Origin: Kineococcus radiotolerans SRS30216 = ATCC BAA-149
GTDB taxonomy: Bacteria > Actinomycetota > Actinomycetes > Actinomycetales > Kineococcaceae
Direction: 5' to 3'
Length of the DNA: 32,000 bases
Assembly: GCF_000017305.1 (NCBI RefSeq)
Contig: NC_009664.2
Location: 2,610,001-2,642,000, forward strand
The position numbers and the translations under genes were made by a program. Of the stretch, positions 31,887-32,000 are shown piece after piece (position 1 is the first letter of the stretch; each line of letters starts with the position of its first letter). Under the pieces are notes generated by a model. The model saw nothing but the letters and a program-made list of their open reading frames with translations, had not been told where the DNA came from and did not search any database.

Positions 31887-32000
31887 CCTTCCTTCGGCGC
31901 CGCGGCCGCCGAGGTTTGCGGGACCACCCGTACGGCCCCCCCGGTGGCGCGGCCCGCGGGACGACTGCGCGCCACCTGTTCGTCACCCGGGTGCGGTTGA

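Noticed and set aside
31887-32000. The right-edge 114 nt, and ORFs 31071..32000(+) and 30907..31986(-)
   Set aside because: Both ORFs are Arg/Gly/Pro-rich shadows of the ferritin-like gene. The last 114 nt show no feature I can support.

Overview
Very GC-rich (by eye about 70-75% G+C, third codon positions almost all G/C), densely coding chromosomal segment that looks actinobacterial: many GTG/TTG starts, leaderless-type promoters, a ClgR-type regulator beside a clpP1/clpP2-like pair, and a Mer-like LLM oxidoreductase. Two chemoreceptor genes suggest a motile actinomycete; I cannot name the species. I call 34 protein genes, one doubtful small ORF, one tRNA-Gly(CCC), several GC-rich hairpin terminators and a few operator-like palindromes. 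I saw no rRNA, CRISPR array, transposase/integrase or phage-like genes. In the ORF track, one frame per locus gives recognisable protein families. The many very long Arg/Pro/Gly/Ala-rich ORFs are antisense or off-frame shadows typical of high-GC DNA.

Gene order, left to right:
- PolA-like family A polymerase (truncated at the left edge)
- membrane MCP
- VOC/glyoxalase
- aldo-keto reductase
- a co-directional minus-strand array: histidine kinase, NarL-type response regulator, LysR, NCS1 permease, beta-ureidopropionase-like amidohydrolase, dihydropyrimidinase, Mer-like LLM oxidoreductase
- soluble tandem-GAF MCP
- ClgR/PopR-like HTH regulator convergent with a clpP1-clpP2-like pair
- secreted PI-PLC-like phosphodiesterase
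- DHA2 MFS pump with divergent TetR
- SDR
- thioredoxin-NHL protein
- DUF2630
- MarR
- thymidine kinase
- marR-MFS operon
- EAL-HDOD, ankyrin, TrkH, TrkA block
- dcd
- tRNA-Gly
- ferritin-like diiron protein

Best candidates for something undescribed:
1. The pyrimidine-catabolism operon, where a Mer-like (probably F420-dependent) LLM enzyme sits where dihydropyrimidine dehydrogenase would be expected.
2. The EAL-HDOD/ankyrin/Trk block.
3. The ClgR-like regulator ending in LSLAA, placed tail-to-tail with an orphan clpP pair.

All functional calls rest on my own reading of motifs. No database search was possible.
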